Origin: Asterionella formosa
Taxonomy: Eukaryota
Assembly (NCBI GenBank): GCA_002256025.1
Contig: NKIB01009877.1
Coordinates: 1-64,000 of the forward strand
Direction: 5' to 3'
Length of the DNA: 64,000 bases
Position 1 is the first letter of the stretch. Each line of letters opens with the position of its first letter. Of this stretch, positions 60,251 through 64,000 are shown in pieces. Below the pieces are notes generated by a model. It had not been told where the DNA came from, did not search any database, and was given only the letters and a program-made list of their open reading frames with translations. Position numbers and translations under genes: made by a program.

Positions 60251-63249
60251 GCTGGGAGGTCGCTTTCGATGAGGAACAATCGTTACAGAATTCAATTAAA
60301 AAGGCAGTAGCTATCAAAGTTCGAATCGTAAAAATTAGTGCCGTTGAGTTGGAAAATAATGTTTCCACGAGGGTCGAAGTATAAGTCTGTCATTCACCGT
60401 GACGTGTACAGTACTGACTGGCGTTTGTGATTCAAGTACCGGGACCGGTAACTACTTTGTGGAGTGCCGGTACCAGCCAGCCAGCCACCTTCCAATAAAA
60501 GGGAACGACGCAGAAGAAAAGACAAGGGCACAATCGTTTATTGATAATGATATACCGGTAGGCATACCGGTAAATGAATATATTTGTATGCGTGTGCTGA
60601 AAGGAAGTTTTGTTTAGGCTTACATATAGCTAAATAATAATACTCCCGGTGGTAGGATCGTAACTACCAGGTACCAGGTACACGTCGAGCGGTGGCACGT
60701 GCTACTCCGAGTAACCTTTACTGGTGCTGTATAGAAAAGTCTAGTAGATGACAGTGGCAGCTGAGCAAACCAGTAAGTTCCGGTAATCGAAATATGTAGC
60801 TTAGTCAAATCTGAAGTGAAAAAGGTGTTTTACCGGACCTTCCAGTCGCTAAAACCTGACTCTGGCAATTCACCATTCACCATGCCAATCATCGTCCATC
60901 ATGCCCAGCAGTCTGAAGCGAAATCAGTTCATTGATGATGCCAGTGGCGGCTCGTTGTTAAGCAATGATCAGATGCGGTTGGTTGTTGGATTGCTGGCTT
61001 TCTCATGAGATTCATGTACTCTCATTGTCCATATTTCTTCGGACAAACAATGATATCGATTTATCTAATGTTCGCAGCAAGTGTTCTTTGCTCCGGTCAT
61101 TAATGTGCTTAATGGATATTCTAGTCATATAAGATAGCCTACATACGTACTAGCTATGTGCTACTAAAAACATCCATGCATGTTTAACTAAGCTAAGCTT
61201 TAACACTTACTTTGAACTTGTTGTTATAAAATACATGCTGTAGACTTGGTATTATCTTTGCAAGACTAGTGTATTAAATTACATGCTTCACATATTCATT
61301 GATTTTACATATGCCCGATTTTGTCCTCACAATTATAATTCTCACTCTATCCTTCCTGCCGTTGCTCAATTCGGGCTTGCAACAGGGACCTTTTGACTTT
61401 CTCTTGATCCCATAGCCTGCTACTTGTAATGCTAGTAAAAGTGGATAGGTGAGTATAACAGGGAAAGACTACATGTGGAATGTAGATACCATTTATCGAA
61501 TTTCCGATTTGATTGCCTCCATGACCCATTTTGATGGCTTCCATCATTATTTGCTCCGCACTGTCGTTTTGGTTCTGTTGTATCTGTCTATATATAGTCC
61601 GAGGTTTGTATCAATTCCTACTCTTTGATGATTGTTGTTTATCTTATTTGTTGATTTGATGTTCATTGACCATTATGTCAATATTGCCAGCCACCAAGCA
61701 AAGATTTCCTTGTACTAATGCGCTTTGCTGCCTTTCTACTACGAGTTTGTATCACAAGCTAAGTATCAATATTCAGCTAGAGGGAGTTGATAGTGATGGA
61801 GCAGCCTGGCGATCACGCTCACTCAGAATGAGAGTGATCAGTGTTGTTTGGTGGGAGGGAGCGAAGGGACAACTGTGGGCGGAACAATTGCTACTTGTGT
61901 CAGGCTACTACAGATATGTGCATGGTTGCAGTAACCAGATTATCTTTGCTAGATAACGATGCAGATCTCAATTGGGTTCAGCTTTTTTCTTCATCTCTGT
62001 ATTATTTCGGTCTTCGATTGTGTGATGAAAGTCAATGTTGCCTGTGTAAGTACTACAATGCATGTGTCTCCACTGAAACTCCTATTTTTTGCTTCATTGC
62101 TTTGTCAAGAATATTAGCCCAAGTCACAAGGATTGTGGACTCGATTGTAATTGAACAAGTCGAATATTGCATTGCCACATCAATCAGCTGTCTAACAAGA
62201 TCAAAGATTGAAGATTTCTATGGAAATGTTAAGTGGAAACTTGAAGAGAGTTTTAGAATGACTTTGTGGGAAGCAAAGATGCATGGAAAGGAAACATTTA
62301 GTTTAGCTTATAATTTAATTTGAGTTTAGCTTATCAACCAAGGAAACAGTGTGTTAATTTACAGGAAGAGTAAATGGTACTAGATTAAGTACAACTACGA
62401 GCACATTAGAGTCTACGTGAAGAGAGACCCAGCCTGCAGAAAGGAGTACGGACCATTTCAACATTGCTTATGATTGGCGGGCTTGCTTTAGCAAAGCAAG
62501 GGCCAGCAAGAATACCCTTACCAGGGTACCAGGTACGCACCTGGTTACTAGCTGATGGTCGGCAGATACTTTACTATTCTGACGTGGTGCAAAGCCTTAT
62601 CCTTGAGTATCAATCAGATCAGCATTCCACGTTTGAAATCGTGCTTGCTCTGCTGACGCCTTCGCAAAGAAAAGATTGTACATACCGGTAGCGTCCCCAT
62701 TCAAATTTGGATGTGCCGGTACTTTAATAGGAGATCTACTGCAATTCTTGGATCGTCTGTCCGCTGCCACTGGGTGAAGAATCAATGAGCGCCATCGGCT
62801 TTTGCTGACGTCAACCATACATAGAAGCTCCTCCTTCAAGCAACTACTGGTACCTGGTACCAGGTACTAGGTACATACCGGTACTTACGCACAGTCATCA
62901 CCCAACAGCATGCTGCTCACGCTCCCGACTAATATTTTACACGGTTCGAATTGAGCGAATTTCGTCTTTGCTTGCTTGCTTCTCCACATACCGGTACATA
63001 CATATAATTGTAAAAGCTAATCCCCAGGTACCAGGTACCAGCGGTACATACTACATGGCAATGCATCGATTTGGTCTGCATGAAGCCAGTATGATTTACG
63101 TAGTTATTACGGTACCACTTGCTTTCTCACCTGATGTGACTACTTTCTTCAACCCGTTCCTTTTTTGCGAGTGCAGTGCGAAAGGAGTCCAAAGCGAACC
63201 AGAAGCTTAGGACGTGAGAACACGGCCCATACCTTGAACCAACTATAGA

Positions 63250-64000
63250 ATGAAACTCGCCACCGCCGCCCTCCTCCTCCTGTCGGCATCGTCGGCGTCA
63301 GCGTTTGCGCCTTCCACAAAGGCATTTGGGACATCGCGAGCTGATACTCTTGCCACACACTCTTCTCGTCGACCTCATGGTTACTTCAGCTGGGCCCTTC
63401 CGAGCACTACTGTGAAGAAGGGAGACATTGATTTATCCGAACTCATTGGTTCCATTGACACAAGCGGACAGGAGGACGTTAAGGGATGCCATGTCATCGC
63501 GAAAACTACAGACCAGGCGAGAGCTGCCGTTCTCGCGTACATGAAGCAGTACGAAGGCCAATCTGGAGCGGCCGCGGTCTATTCGAAGCTGCAGGAGAAT
63601 GGAGTAAAGGTTGTGAATGGATACTCCGGGGGTGCTGTGTTGCCTCTCCTGGACCAGTTCCACGAAGAAAACCCGCGTCACCTACTTCCCGGGGCCAGCA
63701 AACATATTCGTTGGATCACCAACTCGAACGAGCAAAATGCCGGTCATGTCACTGAAGGTTTTGGCAAAGCTTGTCCTATCAATGGTGAACATCTTCCTGT
63801 GGGAGTTTGTGTAGCCACCTCCGGACCCGGTGTCACCAATCTCATTACTCCCTTGCAGGATGCCATGTGTGACGGCGTCCCTATGGTCGTCCTGTGTGGG
63901 CAAGCAGCTACCACCGCTCCCGAGGATGCTTTTCAATCAGCTCCTGCTGTCGCCATGACTAGTCCTTGCACTAAGTGGAGTTATCAGATCAAGTCTGCTG
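63250..64000 (+). CDS. ilvB: Acetolactate synthase catalytic subunit, plastid-targeted, truncated by the window end
   Basis: Manual translation gives MKLATAALLLLSASSASA-FAP, GYSGGAVLP, NEQNAGH..EG, VATSGPGVTNLITPLQDA..DGVPMVVLCGQ, DAFQ. Confidence 0.92.
   Translation, partial: MKLATAALLLLSASSASAFAPSTKAFGTSRADTLATHSSRRPHGYFSWALPSTTVKKGDIDLSELIGSIDTSGQEDVKGCHVIAKTTDQARAAVLAYMKQYEGQSGAAAVYSKLQENGVKVVNGYSGGAVLPLLDQFHEENPRHLLPGASKHIRWITNSNEQNAGHVTEGFGKACPINGEHLPVGVCVATSGPGVTNLITPLQDAMCDGVPMVVLCGQAATTAPEDAFQSAPAVAMTSPCTKWSYQIKSA

Noticed and set aside
7664..64000. Operon-like cluster of plastid-targeted genes
   Set aside because: The genes are functionally unrelated and separated by kilobases of TEs; plastid-targeted genes are common in diatoms.

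Overview
Eukaryotic nuclear DNA, most likely from a diatom: short GT-AG introns, ASAFAP-type bipartite plastid presequences and diatom-type Copia elements. About a dozen host genes are present: RecQ/BLM-like helicase, plastid SAM-methyltransferase-like protein, ERGIC/thioredoxin protein, CCT5, DUF2358-like protein, RING-H2 ligase, plastid-targeted ApaH-like phosphatase, PreP, hnRNP F/H-like RNA-binding protein, acetolactate synthase (truncated by the window end) and three hypothetical proteins. They are interspersed with many mostly degenerate transposons (PIF/Harbinger families, MITEs, three Copia elements, possible LINE relics). The most notable signals are unusual Copia replication/expression features: a tRNA-independent, Tf1-like self-priming site at 14.0 kb; a gag-skipping splice that would give Pol its own ATG at 24.7-26.4 kb; and TG..CA present only at the outer LTR ends. 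A palindromic GGTACC/TACCGGTA motif also clusters upstream of most host genes. No prokaryotic system or CRISPR array is supported. All family assignments come from motif recognition by eye; no database search was run.
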